64,000 nucleotides of DNA from Rhizophagus irregularis (taxonomy: Eukaryota). The translations under genes were made by a program, and so were the position numbers. Below the pieces are notes generated by a model. The model saw only the letters and a program-made list of their open reading frames with translations, searched no databases and was not told the DNA's origin. Numbering within the stretch: the stretch's first letter is position 1; every line of letters begins with the position of its first letter. Of the stretch, positions 25,810 to 39,771 are shown piece by piece. The stretch covers positions 496,001 through 560,000 of the forward strand of contig NC_089433.1 in the NCBI RefSeq assembly GCF_026210795.1, read 5' to 3'.

Positions 25810-28800
25810 ATGATGAACAATAATATAATATCTCCCTCTAGTTCGACTTCTCAACAACAAAAAAATTTCCCCCAAATAGAAAATAACAATCCATTAATTA
25901 CTAAAAATTTTTTAAAAAATTCTTCAATAACGAAAATAGCTACTACGAATATTCGTACCCTTAGTAAAGACAAATTAATTTTCACGTTAGATGCGATGAA
26001 AAACAATGATATTGACATATATGGATTAGCCAAGACTAATCTTTCTTATAGACAATCGAAAATATGGCAACAACAATTTGGTTTCCATGGTTATTTTGAT
26101 TATTCACAACAAGGGGGTAAAGGTCAAGGTGTAGGAATTATCGTTAGCAATAAATACGATATTTTTGTTCATAAAGCGGTTGGTCATAAAGGCCGTGTTA
26201 TATATCTAGACTTAAATTTTAGTCAAAAGAAAAATGTTAGGTTAATTCAGGTGTACATTAACGCTAATAAAAAAGAAAGACCACAAATTGAGGAGCTATA
26301 TCAATATATTGAAAATACTATCGATGATGCGAAAAACAAGAATATGGAAATAATCATTATGGGTGATTTCAATATTAATTATAGAAAATATTTGATGGCA
26401 TTTGTTAATAATAGATGGTATTTCAAATTGTTCAAAATGCTAGAAAACAGACACCTCTTAGATACAATTCCAATATTTAATGAAGATGACGAAAATATAT
26501 ATACTTATATTCCGCCTAATGATTCTAATGAAAAATCAAGAATAGATTATATTTGGGCTTCATTACCAATACTTGGCCAAAGTTTGAATAGTACTGTAAT
26601 AGAAAATGATCATTTTACAACTAATCATAATACTGTCACTTTATCGCTTGATACACAATTATTTATAGGAAAAACATTACCTAAGATTAACAAAAGTAAA
26701 AAGAAAATAACTCGTACTGTGTTTTTATATGATGAAATGGATCAGGAAGATGATGAATTTACATGGGATAATTTCCGTTGTAAACGGTCGAATATCAAGC
26801 ACGAAAAGATGATAAAATTCAACCACCAAATGTAATTATTAAATATTAAGAACGAACAAATTAATTATGGATTGGCGTAGATGGATAAATAATTAGCCGA
26901 AAAGGATAAACATTTAGGAAGAGTAATAGGAATCCCATAATTTTTACGAACTCAAATTTTTAGTGATATATAAACTAAGTGATATCTATAATGTTGATAA
27001 ACATTTAGGAAGAGTAATGATCTACATGATGTAATATTTATTGAATGATTGACAAGGAACCAATAGGATAAATAGAGTCGATCAATTGCGGCTTAGCAAT
27101 CTTTAACAATAAGAACGATAAGAAAGAATAATTATAAGTCACAAAAGATAGATTATAAGCAAAACACATAAAGCGAATTAAAAGAACATATAAAATAATG
27201 TCAGAAAGATTAAAGAACACAAAATAATGTAAAAGATAATATAAAAAGATAGTATAAAGATGGAACGTAAAAGATAATATATTAAAAAGATAGCATATTA
27301 AAAGATAGCATATTAAAAGATAGCGTATTTAAAATATAGATAGTATATTAGAAAAATAGTTCAAAGATAATATGTAAAAAGAACATAAAAGATAGTATAT
27401 AGACAGAATAGAAAGTAGCATAAAAATTGTATATATAGAGAGCGGAATTCAAAGTAATTCCATAGTTCTCATCCACAGAACTCAATAAAAATATAAGTTT
27501 CATTTAATTATTTGTTAATGAAGTATAATTTTAATTAAAGGTAATAGGTTCGCCCTAAACTTTAATTAATGTTCGCTTAATTAATTTTAATTGAATAAAA
27601 ATGGAAATTTTAAGATGAATTAAATGTACACTTTTGAAAAGTAATAATTCGTAGCGAGAGCTATCGAAGTTTGAAATTAAAGGTAAAAGTGGATATAATT
27701 TGGGGAAAATTTAGAGAAGTAAATTTTATTTTATATCGTTTAATGTTTTATATTACTAATGCTATTTACGTTGTGAACTAAGAATGTTGTCGTTATATGT
27801 TGTTGTATGTTGTTCGTTGATTATGTTGTTTGTTAATTATGCCGTTGATTATTTGCTTGTTCGTTTAATCGTTCGTCCGTTCGTTTATTCGTTCGTTCGA
27901 CCATGAGAATGCCCGTTCGATGTGGCAACTCTGTAAATTGATGACAGAGGGAATTGGGGATCTCACCGTGCTGGTTTGGATCATGAAATCGAAAGACTTA
28001 AACTAAAGGATCGATCGATCACAAAAAGAAAACATGTTGATCATGTGTGGGATTCTCTTAGACAACTTATCATGAAATCTGCTAATGAAAATATAAAAAA
28101 CAAAAAAGTTATAAAACAGAAAATCAAATGTGCTCCTGAGAAAAAGTTGTCCGTTTACTTTGACTTAAGATATATTATTAATCGTATTCAAGAAATCCGC
28201 TCATGTATCACAGGATTAAGAAACTATCCAAATCAGGAAACGATCGACAAATGGATTAATTATCAAAACACGATAATTAAACTAAAAGACAAGTACGAGT
28301 TAGTTACTTCTGATACTAGTTTTAATTTCTTAAATAATGATCAGTTCCATAGTTATCTTGACGAACTTAATGAAATTAGAAAACAATTGAGAATTGTTTT
28401 TAAACTTAAACTTAACATTATAGAACAAGAACAAATTATTTCTAACATCAAAAAGCGATGTGATAATTATAAAGATGATCAAGGGAGAATGATTCAATCT
28501 ATTACAGAAAAAGAAATGGTTTCTATTTCAATTGAAAAAATTTATAAGAAAGATCATAATGGTAATGAAGTTTTAATTACAGATGAGAATCAGGTGATGG
28601 AAGAAACAAATTGTCATTTTCAAACAGTAGCGGGCTCTGTTAATAGAAAGAAACCAATACAAGGCAGATGGAAAGAACAATATAAACCACAGCCTCATAT
28701 TAACGAAAATATATATTCTAGTATTATGGATGCTCCATCTTATGATGAATGGTTAGATATTATTCGACAACTATCTAATGGAAAAGTGACAGGACCTTCA

Positions 28801-31800
28801 GGCGTGTCGAATGAAATGTTGAAACATCTAAGTGATGATTGTAATCATATTTTATATTATTTAATTTGTAAGATTATAGAATTGGGATATTTACCAAAAC
28901 AATGGAAAGAAGCGACGGTCTTTCCTATTGCTAAACCTAAACCCTTTAATTGTGAATTATCAAACTCTCACCCTATTACTCTTTTAGAAACCACTTGAAA
29001 AGCACTCATTTCTTTGCTAAATCGTCGTTTAGCAATTATTTTGAAAGATAATAACGTATTAAAGGCAAACCAATTCGCAGGTCTGCCTAAACAATCAACA
29101 TTTGAACCGATAAGGATTATGAACAAAGTTATTCAAGATTCAATCGATAATAATAATGAATTATGGATACTCTCTTAGGATATGGGAAAGGCCTATGATC
29201 GTGTGAACATCTTTCAACTCAAAAAAGCGATGGATAGAATTAAAATTCCTAACGATTTTTCATCCTTCATTTTAGAACTTTTTAAAGATAGAAAAAATCA
29301 AGTAATCACTGCGTATGGAAAAACTACACCTTATGATGTTCTTACAGGAATCGATCAAGGAGAAGTTATTTCACCGTTGCTTTGGTGTATTTATTACGAT
29401 CCTCTTTTAGCAGAAATTGATAAACAACAATTGGGATATAATATTTCTTATATATCAAAATCAGTTGTTCAAGAAGAAGGTGTTCTTAATCAACAAAATG
29501 TTTCCATTATGGCGTATATGGATGATACTCAATGGATTACTGATGAAAAATCAAAATTGGAAAAAATGTTATACATCGCTGATACATTTTATCGTCTTAA
29601 CGATATTCAAATTAACAAAGAAAAGTCTGAGCTTATGATGCGGTCTACAACTGAGAAGCGTAAATATTCTCATAATTACAATAATAAAATTTCAATCAAG
29701 TTTGGTCGTGAAGAAATTAATATTAAAGCCAAACATCCACACGAACCTATGCGTATCCTGGGAGTATATTTCAATATTGAACATGATGGCAATTATTTGA
29801 TGTTCAAGATTAAAAATGAAATAGACCATTTAGTTAATCTTATGTATAAAAAGAAGATTACTGATAAACATATTTTATATATATTTAATAGAATTATCGT
29901 CCCTCGAGTTGAATACTGGTCACAAGTTATGGCTTTATCAAAAACACAAACAGAATCTTTAATTATTCCTTTTAGAAGGATGTTTAAAAACAAACTAAAA
30001 TTCGCTCGTTCAGCGCTTAACGCTATACTCGATAATCCTTATATATATGGATATAGAGATTTTTACGACAATCAACTTCAAGCCAAAATTACGGATTTTT
30101 GTATTCAACTTAACGACAATGGTCTTTTAGGAAAAGTTACTGAAATTCGTTTAAAATCCTTACAGGATCAATTATGGACATCGCGCCCATTAATAGAAAA
30201 ACTTCCTTATAATCGTGTTCCGCACACACGAAAAAATAATTATATTCTTAATATGCTTTTATTATGCTATGATAATAATATTTCGTTAGAATATTTAGAT
30301 GATAATATTTTTCCATCAATTAAAGGAGGTAAAATTCCTTTGGAAGACGTGGTAGATAATGCATATTATTCTAAACATAGGAAGAGACTTCGTGAAAAGA
30401 ATATCTTATTTTTAGATCAAATTATTTCAGGTGATAAATTTCGTTTATTGTTATGGAAAGAAATACTTATTAAGGCTTATATTCCTATTTTTTCACAACG
30501 GAAAGAAACTAAATGGTATTCAGATATTAGAAATTTAATTACTTCAGATGGTGTTCATTTGAATCATAATATAACACAATTATTTGGCGCTCGTGTTGAT
30601 AATGTGGAAGAGACTCGATCATATGATATTACTAAAAAAAATAGATCTTTAGTTGCATGTTATAATTCACAATTTAACTCTGTAGTCATTGGAAAGATTC
30701 AAGGAATAGATGAAACAAAACGACCTGTTATTAAACATTTTCATATTGATATGTCTCGATGTACCGATACACATACTTATATATATCAATGTATGGAATA
30801 TGGATGTGCTGCTAATGCATCATTATCAACTCGATCACCTTGTACGTTTTCTGCTGACTGGGAATGTTTAGTACCATTATTAACAGATTCTCAATTTGCG
30901 CCTAGTCAACTTACAAACTTAATAGAATTTAATATTTTTGACATTTTTGATTTTGCAAAAAAGAAATATGATATTATAAATCAAGCGTTAACGCAAAATC
31001 ACGTGATTTCTCCTTCTTCACAATTACAAGATAATATAATTTTAGATTTATTAGATTCTTCAACTTCAAGAAATGACTTGTTAACTATACAACGAACATT
31101 AGCTCCTTTTGACAATAACAATTATTATATTTTTGAATTTTACACTGATGGATCTTTAATCGAATTAGGTACTGAGCAGTGTAGTATCAGTTGCGCCTTC
31201 GCTCAGATTAGTGATTTGTTTGATATACCTCATGTCGAATTTTATTCTACTATTGATAAATGGCCTTCTGCATATAGAGGAGAATTGTTAGCTGTTCTTT
31301 TAGCATTAAGCGTTGTTCCAAAAAATAGTAAAGTTAGAATTAACACAGACTCGCTTAACGTGATTACTCAATTTGAAAAATTGAAGAAGTCAAGATTTTC
31401 TCAAACCTCACGTGAATACTTTAAGGCTAATAATAATTTCTTATGGGCTATTTTATGTAGAATCATATTAACATTGAACTTGCATGTGGAAATGTTTAAG
31501 GTTGTTGCTCATGGTGATGATATGGGTAATAATTATGTAGATAATTTGGCGAAAATTGCACATACTGATCAAGATCGCTATATAGTTTTACGACAGAATG
31601 CTTGTATGATGAAAGTTCTTCCTTGTTGGAATGGAATTATTATTGAAAATAAGCTGCGCTCATTTTTGAAAAATATATGCAACTACAAAGGTTTAGAAAA
31701 ATTTATTAATTTGAATAGAAATTCTAAATATCGCACGCTAGAAGTCGACTGGACATCCACATTTAGTTGTTTAAATTGTGACATAAATAACAATGAAACT

Positions 31801-32460
31801 TCTGTTTCTTCTTCTAAAACGAAAGCTCAAAAAGTTCACTTGTTAATTGAAGAAATTCCTACAATTGAACAGATGAAGAAATCATTGTTTGACTTATATG
31901 ATGGTTGGATGTGCCCTATATGTGGTCTACAAGACGAAACCTTTAATCATGTCTGGACGTGTAGTGGTTATTATGATATTATTAACAACATTCGAGATAA
32001 GACTATTGATCATCTCTTAACTTGGATATTAGAATATAATGATAATATACAAGATTTTAATGCTCTTATGGCACTTGATATATGGGATATATCTTATGAT
32101 CCTAACGTGTTTACTTTTATTGACTTGATTAAAGGTATTATACCTATGTCACTTTCAGAATTATTGAATTCCTGGACTACAAAGAAAAATGTTGTTGATG
32201 TTTTGGTTCAAATGAGACAGTTTATTTTTAATGCTATATTCGAAGAAGTTTGGATTCCAAGGTGTTCGCATTTGAAGGAATTTGAACATTCTATAGGATT
32301 AACTAAAAAGAAAAAATTAGAATTCAAAAGCGTTCGTTCATTACCTAGTAATAATAGTAGTTATACTAATAATATTCATTATGATTCTTTAGATAGTGTT
32401 AGGAATTACATTTATTTTGGTAAAAATATAATAGAATTTTATACTAATCTTACTTCGTAG
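25810..32460 (+). pseudogene. LINE ORF2 (APE endonuclease, reverse transcriptase, RNase H, C-terminal Zn finger), disrupted
   Basis: APE: TTNIR, MGDFN, SRIDYIW. RT: DMGKAYD, GIDQGEVISPLLW, YMDD. RNase H: FYTDGS, RGELLAV, TDS, AHGDDMGN..VD. Zn finger: CPICGLQDETFNHVWTC. One continuous frame once 26779-27969 is removed, apart from stops at 28996-28998 and 29176-29178. Confidence 0.92.
26779..27965 (+). mobile_element. Solo LTR (1187 bp), Ty3/Gypsy-like by its 4-bp TSD, inserted in LINE ORF2
   Basis: Begins TG, ends CA. TSD CCGT at 26775-26778 and 27966-27969. Removal restores TTC CGT GCT GGT (F-R-A-G). TATA-like motif ~27430 and AATAAA ~27484 suggest + orientation. Confidence 0.85.
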
Positions 32461-34806
32461 CGCCATCGTAGATTTTAGTAGTTTGATTTATATAATTTTA
32501 TAGGGTCAATTTTACTTTCTTCTGCAGGGCGGGCTTCAACTTACCAAGTTTCGGCTAGTGTATGGGAGGTAGTGGGTTAATTAAAGAAATGGTTTTTAGG
32601 TGTAGTTGGTTATATCTTTAATAGTTTCGTATTTAATTGCCCCACCGTCGAAGTAGATTCTTCTGATAGTTTAGTTCATTTTTTTATTTTACTTCTTCAT
32701 TTCTGATATGTTTATAAAATTTGTATTCGCTAACTATTACTGTTCAATAAAAATAAAAAATATGTTTTTCTAATTAAGCAACAATTTTTTTTTTAATTCT
32801 ACAAGTAATAAAATTTGACAGGAGATTTTTTTTAAGGTTCAAATGCTGTAATGATGGCTTTATAATATTATAGATTAAGCACATTATTAGACAAATAAAA
32901 AAAAATTTAACATTATACTAATTAAAAAAATAAATTTAGTAATTATTATTATAAATCTCGTATAATTAGATTTGTCTCTATTAATAAGATTTGGTTACAA
33001 ATAATTAGGCAAGTAAATAAAATTATTTATTTTCCATGAAAAAAATTATATTAAATTCTTTTGATTATTATTGTTAGAAAGAAAATTACATCAAAACTTT
33101 CCACTAAAAAAAAAATAAAAAATAAAATTTTCGTTAAAAGGAAATTTTTTTTGTTCTACCTAATGATAATAATATTGATATAATTGTGAGTATTCAAGTA
33201 AAAGACTCATTTAATACCATGATTTATAGCCGTTTCAAAATGAAGGAGTGTATCAAAAAAATGATTACGGAGTTGAACCCAAAAAATTCAATTTTGGAAA
33301 AATAGTAAACTTAAAAACTGGAGTTTTTTTTGATTTCTCAACTTGAAATACCTCTTTTTTTTTCTAAAAACACTGGGAAATCTCGGGTTTTTGAAATATT
33401 TAAAAAAGTATTTTTTTTTTTGGTGAATATTTTAGCGTATATTAAAGTACTAATATTATAATTATTATTGAAATTATTGTTTTAATTTAGATAAGCCTTA
33501 AAAAGAAAAAACTAATAAAAGATGCTCTTCTTTCTACATAATTTCATTATTCTAAAAGGAATAATATAATAGTGAATTTTTTTTCGGTAATGGTAATTAT
33601 TACGTACACTTTACTTAAGTTAATCATTATTTTCATAGTAATTTCAGTGATTAAGATTATGTATTATATCCTTTCAGGTACAAAAAGAATAAATAGAAGT
33701 CAAAATGTTAATAAATCCATAATTATGTATGTACAGTATGTACTTTATTTATATGATAAAAGCTTTATAAAATTCAAATGATATATATATTGGGAATTGA
33801 TATCCATGAAAGGCTCATATTTACAGAGTTTTTACAGAAATAACGGTAAAATTTTTTGTAGGGAGATTGTCTTTTTTAAAAACATTTATTAATATTTTTA
33901 TGATTTGTCAATACAAGAAACATTTACTATTTGAGCATAATTTTTACACTTTATTCATTCTTAATTTTTTACGCCTCATGGAAGATACAATTGTCATGGT
34001 TTCACGATATAAAGATAAAATATCGTAAAATAAAAACATAAATAGATTTTCTTTTTGTTTAAATTTACACAATCTAAAATTGCATAATAACATTTTCAAA
34101 ATTATTATTGATTCACGGATATGCAACAAATTTACGATCCTTCAATGTTGGTCACCTTCGTAATAATAACTACTCTATACGGATATTATGGAATACCTTA
34201 CATTTCTTTCATTTACCATATTTACTAGACAAGGTTCATTTAACTAATCATAAAATATTATTATTAATCGAAAAATTATTTTCCTATCATAATGACAAAA
34301 AAAGCTTATGTTAAAAATGAGCAAGCGTCATCATCTAGCTTTTATTATCGTTTAATTAAAATAAATTTCTTAAAATTTTTCATTCAAACTAAATTTATTT
34401 TACTATTTTATTTTTGAAAAAAAAATTATATGATGTATACATTACCGAAACAATAATACTGAAAATACGAAGTAAAATTATTTTTTACTTGAACTTTACA
34501 AAACGTACGAAGCATTTGTCTAAATTTGGACCTGAATCTCCATCATTTTAACCATTTCGGGTTAGATCTTTTTATGATGATCAGCAGCATTTCTTTGTCA
34601 CAAAATCACAAAAATAGTAATGTTTGTATAAAATAGTTGTACAAATAGTAATTAATACAAATGTGCGCAATTATTGAATTTTGTTCAATTCATAATTTTT
34701 TTTTTCTTTTGCTTTTAATAATTCTGAAATTTACTTCGAGTAAGACGTAGTTATTTATTTATATAACTAAAATTAAAATTATAATTCACAACTAAAATTA
34801 ATTAAT

Positions 34807-36685
34807 ATGGATGAAAAGCCAAAAAATTTATGGAAGAAAGTTGATCATAGTAAATATCAGGTAATAACACTTTAATATTTTTAAGAATTATAATTATTTA
34901 TTGAATTTTTATAGTTAAAAATATTAATAATTTTTTGTCTATTAAAAGAGACATGTTACAATTTCTACTATTGATTCAACTATTGAATCAGAAAATGTAG
35001 ATGAAAGAATAGTTTATATAGAAGATTTAGAAAAAAGAAGACAAGCATATGGAATATGTGGAGAATGTAAAGAACCTGGCACAGGAGCAGATTGGTGTCA
35101 AACTTGTAATGCTAAAAGATTTAAGGATAACTTTAAAAATTGGACTAGTGGAAATAAACATATTGATGAATTTATACAGCAATCACAACTTAATGCTGTA
35201 TATAATTTTAATTGTCTTGAATGGATACCTTTTGAAAAATTTCAAAATGTCACTTATATTGCAGAAGGTGGTTTTGGTAAGATTTATTCAGCAGAATGGC
35301 CTGAAGGACATATTGAATATTGGGATATTGAAAATCAAAAGTGGTATAGAGATAGTTATAAATATGCATTGAAAAGTTTGAATAATTCTTCTAATATATG
35401 TTCAGATTTTTTAAATGAGGTAATTTAAATTTACTTTGTCTTATATATAAGGATTGTTATTTGCATTTATTTATTAATAAAATTTTTCCTTTTTGATAAT
35501 AATCAGATTAAATCTCATCTTCAGATTCATCTTGATTTTATTGTTCCATGTTTTGGAATTACTAAAGATCCAAGTAATAAAGAGTTTATGATGGTTTTAT
35601 TTTATTGTAAAACTGGAAATTTGAGAAATTATTTAAATAAATCTAAAGATTACGTCAATTATAAATCAAAAATTGATAAATTACAACACATTACAAGAGG
35701 ACTTTTAGATATTCATAATGCTGAAAAAGTTCACAAAGATTTTCATTCAGGCAATATATTACTTGATAGGTGTTTTCCATATATAAGTGATTTAGGAATG
35801 TGTCAACCAGTAAATATAAAGCAATCAGTTAATGAAGAAGGAATTTATGGAGTATTACCATATATGGCACCAGAAGTTTTACGCGGATACCAATATACAA
35901 AAGCAGCAGATGTTTACTCATTTGGAATAATAATGAATGAATTTCTTTCTGAAGAAATTCCTTTTAATGATATTCCTCATGATGAATTTTTAGCTATTAA
36001 AATATGTAAAGGATTTAGGCCAACAATTTCTAAAGATGTACCAAAGTTATTTACAGATTTGATAATAAAATGTTGGGATGCTGAAATAAAAAATAGACCA
36101 ACCACTAAAGAATTGTATCAGATATTAACAAAATGGTATGACGAAATTATAGCTGTTAAAGATAGTGAAGATGCTAAAGATAGTGAAAATGGTGACAATA
36201 GTCAAACTAATGAAGATGGTGAAGATGGCGAAGATAGTGAAAATGGTAACAATAGTCAAAATAGTGAAATATATTTTCAAATTAAAGAGTGTGATAAAAT
36301 TAGAGAAGAAAAATTCAAAAACAGGTCAAATGAAGATAAATCCAAAAGCTTCCAAACACACCCACAAGCATTTTATACTAGTAGACTTTTAAATTTTAAA
36401 AATCTTCCAAACCCAGTAAATACTTCAGATTTATCAGATTTATCATTTTTTCAATTCAGTTCAGGTAATTAAATTTAATTTTTGTTTATCATATAATCAC
36501 TTTACATTATTTATGTTATTTTATTTTTAATAGATGCTAATTATATTGCTCAATCAACATCAGATCCAAGTAAGTATTTTCATAATTATCATTATTGTAA
36601 TTATTTTATTTACATTTGTTAACATTTAAATACTATGAATACATAATATACAGTTTCAGAATGCTTAGATTGTTTAATTAAGTGA
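34807..36685 (+). CDS. Tyrosine-kinase-like (TKL) protein kinase, multi-exon
   Basis: Exons ~34807-34860, 34949-35419, 35507-36464 plus two small 3' exons. Motifs CGEC..WCQTC, WTSGN..ID, AEGGFGKIY, ALK, HKDFHSGNIL, DLG, YGVLPYMAPE, DVYSFG, CWD..RP. Confidence 0.9.
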
Positions 36686-38289
36686 ATTGGGTGAGTTATT
36701 ATTTATTTGTAATTTACTAATATTTCCTAATTTATCTAATCTATTTTTTTTTTATAGAACTAAATGAAATTTGTCAAGATAGTGAACATAATATTGAATG
36801 AAGTTTTCTTTCAGTGAAGTTTAGAGTCAAATAGTTTAAATTACTAGTTTGTGTACTGAAGTTAGTTTACTTTTATTTTTCTTTCATTATGCTTTATAAA
36901 TTATCTTTAATTTTTTTATTTACATAGTATATTATAGTATATATACAGTAGATTAATTGGATTTATATTTATGAATATTCTATATAAATAAAAAATTTTT
37001 TTTATGCTTATTTGATGATCATTAAATGTAAAACTGTGATATATTTGCAACTGCCAATATTCCACTCAATGTATTTATAAAAATAATATTAATTATTGTG
37101 TGTAATAAATGTTTTGGTTGAGCTGATAGAGTTTTAGACTGTGTCTCATTTTCAATATACCTTTAAATAACATAATTAACTAGCATAATAATCGAGTAAT
37201 ATATAAATTTTACATTTCATATGGTTTTTAGAAGCTTATTTATTTTCCCACTCGTTTAAATATTCAATAACTTTACTTTTTATAGATCAATAATTACATT
37301 TAAATTTAAAATAAGATATTTAAAATAGGAGATATGTATGAGTTTAGATAATAAAATTTAAATAAAATGACAATAAAGAAAAAATCCTATAATGTCTCGC
37401 TAGCATATTTACGAGTTCATTCCCTAACAGTAGCTTCCTACCTATTACGATCAGTCTTGTACAATTGAGATATTTCGAGCATTAAATAACATTCTAATTT
37501 ATTTTAGTTGAAATTAATCAGATCATTCAATAAAATAATGAATCATCCGAAGACCAATGGTCACCAGCAATTACCATCTCTAGGGGTAATAATACAAATT
37601 TTTTATGAGTATATGTGGAATTTTTTATTATATAAAAAAAATATTAATCAAATCTTTTTTTCTATCAAATACTCTCGGGAATTTGTCAATTGTTGAGAGA
37701 TCCAAACTCATCAATTTAGAAGGTGATCGCTAAACACACCAAAAGCTAAATTCTCAGTAGTTGAGTTTATAACCACACGCATAGCATGTTCACTGGAATT
37801 TGGAAGCCATTGAATAACAACTCATTCACGAAGGGATACTATTATATATGGAAACAACACATTTTCTTCACTCTTTCTTTTTTTCTATATTTAGTTATAG
37901 GTTATTACACAATTTGTCACACCATCATCACTTGACATATTTCAATATATTTATTAAGTAACAAAAAATATTATACTCTCTTTGAATAAAAAACAAATCA
38001 AAAAAATAGGAAGTTTATTTAAATCAATTTGACAGGAATGTTCGAATTGTTTTTTTACTTTCTTCGCTTCCTCTAGAATAGGGAATGGTAGACATATTAT
38101 TGTTTTCAGAATCAATACTACTGAGTGTTCATTTACTTCAGAAATATTTGGTTATTCATCCAGTTCCTGCTCCGAACATCCTATTCAAATAGACTAAAAT
38201 TAGGTTGCAATAAGAAAAACAAAAAATTAAAATAGTAATTATTGCTCCAAAAGTAATTTACAAACACTTTGATAAAGTCCAGTAATTAT

Positions 38290-38545
38290 CTCATTTGTGT
38301 TCGGTTCAGGCTCTCCAACTCCAAGTACTTTAAATACAATATGGTTATTTTCAAGATCAAAAGGAGACGAGCGGGATGGTCAACTCCCAGAATAAAACTC
38401 CCAAACAATAATATCATCATTTCTCATTTAGTTTTATGGAATTGTTTGATTGAGCATTCTAGGATCCATATAAGGCATTATTCCCCATACTTCAGTATTA
38501 TCACAACCTTCCCTATTCTAAAATCTGATAATATATTATTAGGAT
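38290..38545 (-). pseudogene. Degraded kinase fragment
   Basis: Minus strand reads EVWGIMPYMDPRML and LGVLFWELT...SPFD, with stops and frameshifts. Confidence 0.55.
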
Positions 38546-39771
38546 GCTAAAAAAGAAAACGTTAGTTGTGAATTATACTTACTTTTTCCACGTGTAACAA
38601 TATGTGAATTATTCTGAAAGTCTTTCGATCTTATAATAATCAAGAGATGTCGGACTTGACGTAAATTCAATAACTACATTGCGTAATAAAAATTATTTGA
38701 AATACTATACTTAATCTTGATAATAAAATAGTACTCACTCTACCTGAAAATAAATAAATTTTTTAATTTCTTAGCCAAAGATGACGCATTATATCCAACT
38801 TTTCTTGTCTCTAGACTTTGGTCTATATACGCCAGAACAATTTTATGAATCATGTAATTGTACATAAACCTTTGTCAATTATTGCCCTAGCATCCCACAA
38901 ATTGAGGTATCTGGTATGGCTTGGTTAGCATTTTATCATAAAGACCTCTACTTACCTTTTGGGGCATCAGCTAACAACACTTTTGGTTTTTTATCTGAGA
39001 GTGAATGGCAGTATATAATATAATTTTGAGACGAATTAAAATTTAGTTTTTACTTCCTATATACCAAATCTTATGAAACTTTTTAATCAAGGGCGATTCT
39101 TTACATGATAATGATAATTGTTATATAAATCATTAGGATACTGCATTTGTACTAAAGTCGGTTAAAAGATAAAGCACGATAGAGTACTCATTCTGTCGCT
39201 AAAAATATAGATTTATTTTTAATCGCGAAGAGGTGAAATGTACTTTTTCCTTTGTACAAAAAACCGAACATAACTCTCTTGTGATCTTTTTAAATTTTTA
39301 TAATTAGATTTAACGAAATTTAGTACAAATATATATCAATATTAAAATTCCGACAATATATTTATATACAATATATATTTTTCCTTTATATATTACTAGA
39401 CTAACTAGAGTTAAGCTTTTAGATAGTTAAATAATCAATAAATAAATAAATAATTTATATACAAAATTGCACTAATATGTACAGTACTATATACAGTAAA
39501 ATAACTAATATTAGGACTAAGGAGTTTAAAGAATCCCAAAAATAAGCTACATGGCCAACATTATTAAATTTTCCGGCATTATGTGCAATTCAATAAATTT
39601 TTTTATCCTAATGTCACATGAGATTATCAAGTTTTTTTATGAATAAAAGGTTATGGAGGCGTGATTTTTTTCCTAATTAAAATGATTCATAGATATCAAT
39701 AACCAATATTGGACCATAATGAAATTGATAAGAGAAAATATATATCGAAAAAATTCATTACTTTATAATTT

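Larger units (their letters stand above)
23569..32760 (+). mobile_element. Full-length non-LTR retrotransposon (LINE) with ORF1 and APE-RT-RNase H ORF2
   Basis: 15-bp TSD TATGTTTTTCTAATT at 23554-23568 and 32761-32775. A-rich 3' tail; two tandem ORFs. Confidence 0.92.

Noticed and set aside
25810..32460. Three separate genes (341, 340 and 1092 aa)
   Set aside because: They are one LINE ORF2 split by a solo LTR and two nonsense codons.
35049..35372. 107-aa ORF in the ORF track
   Set aside because: Off-frame shadow of kinase exon 2.
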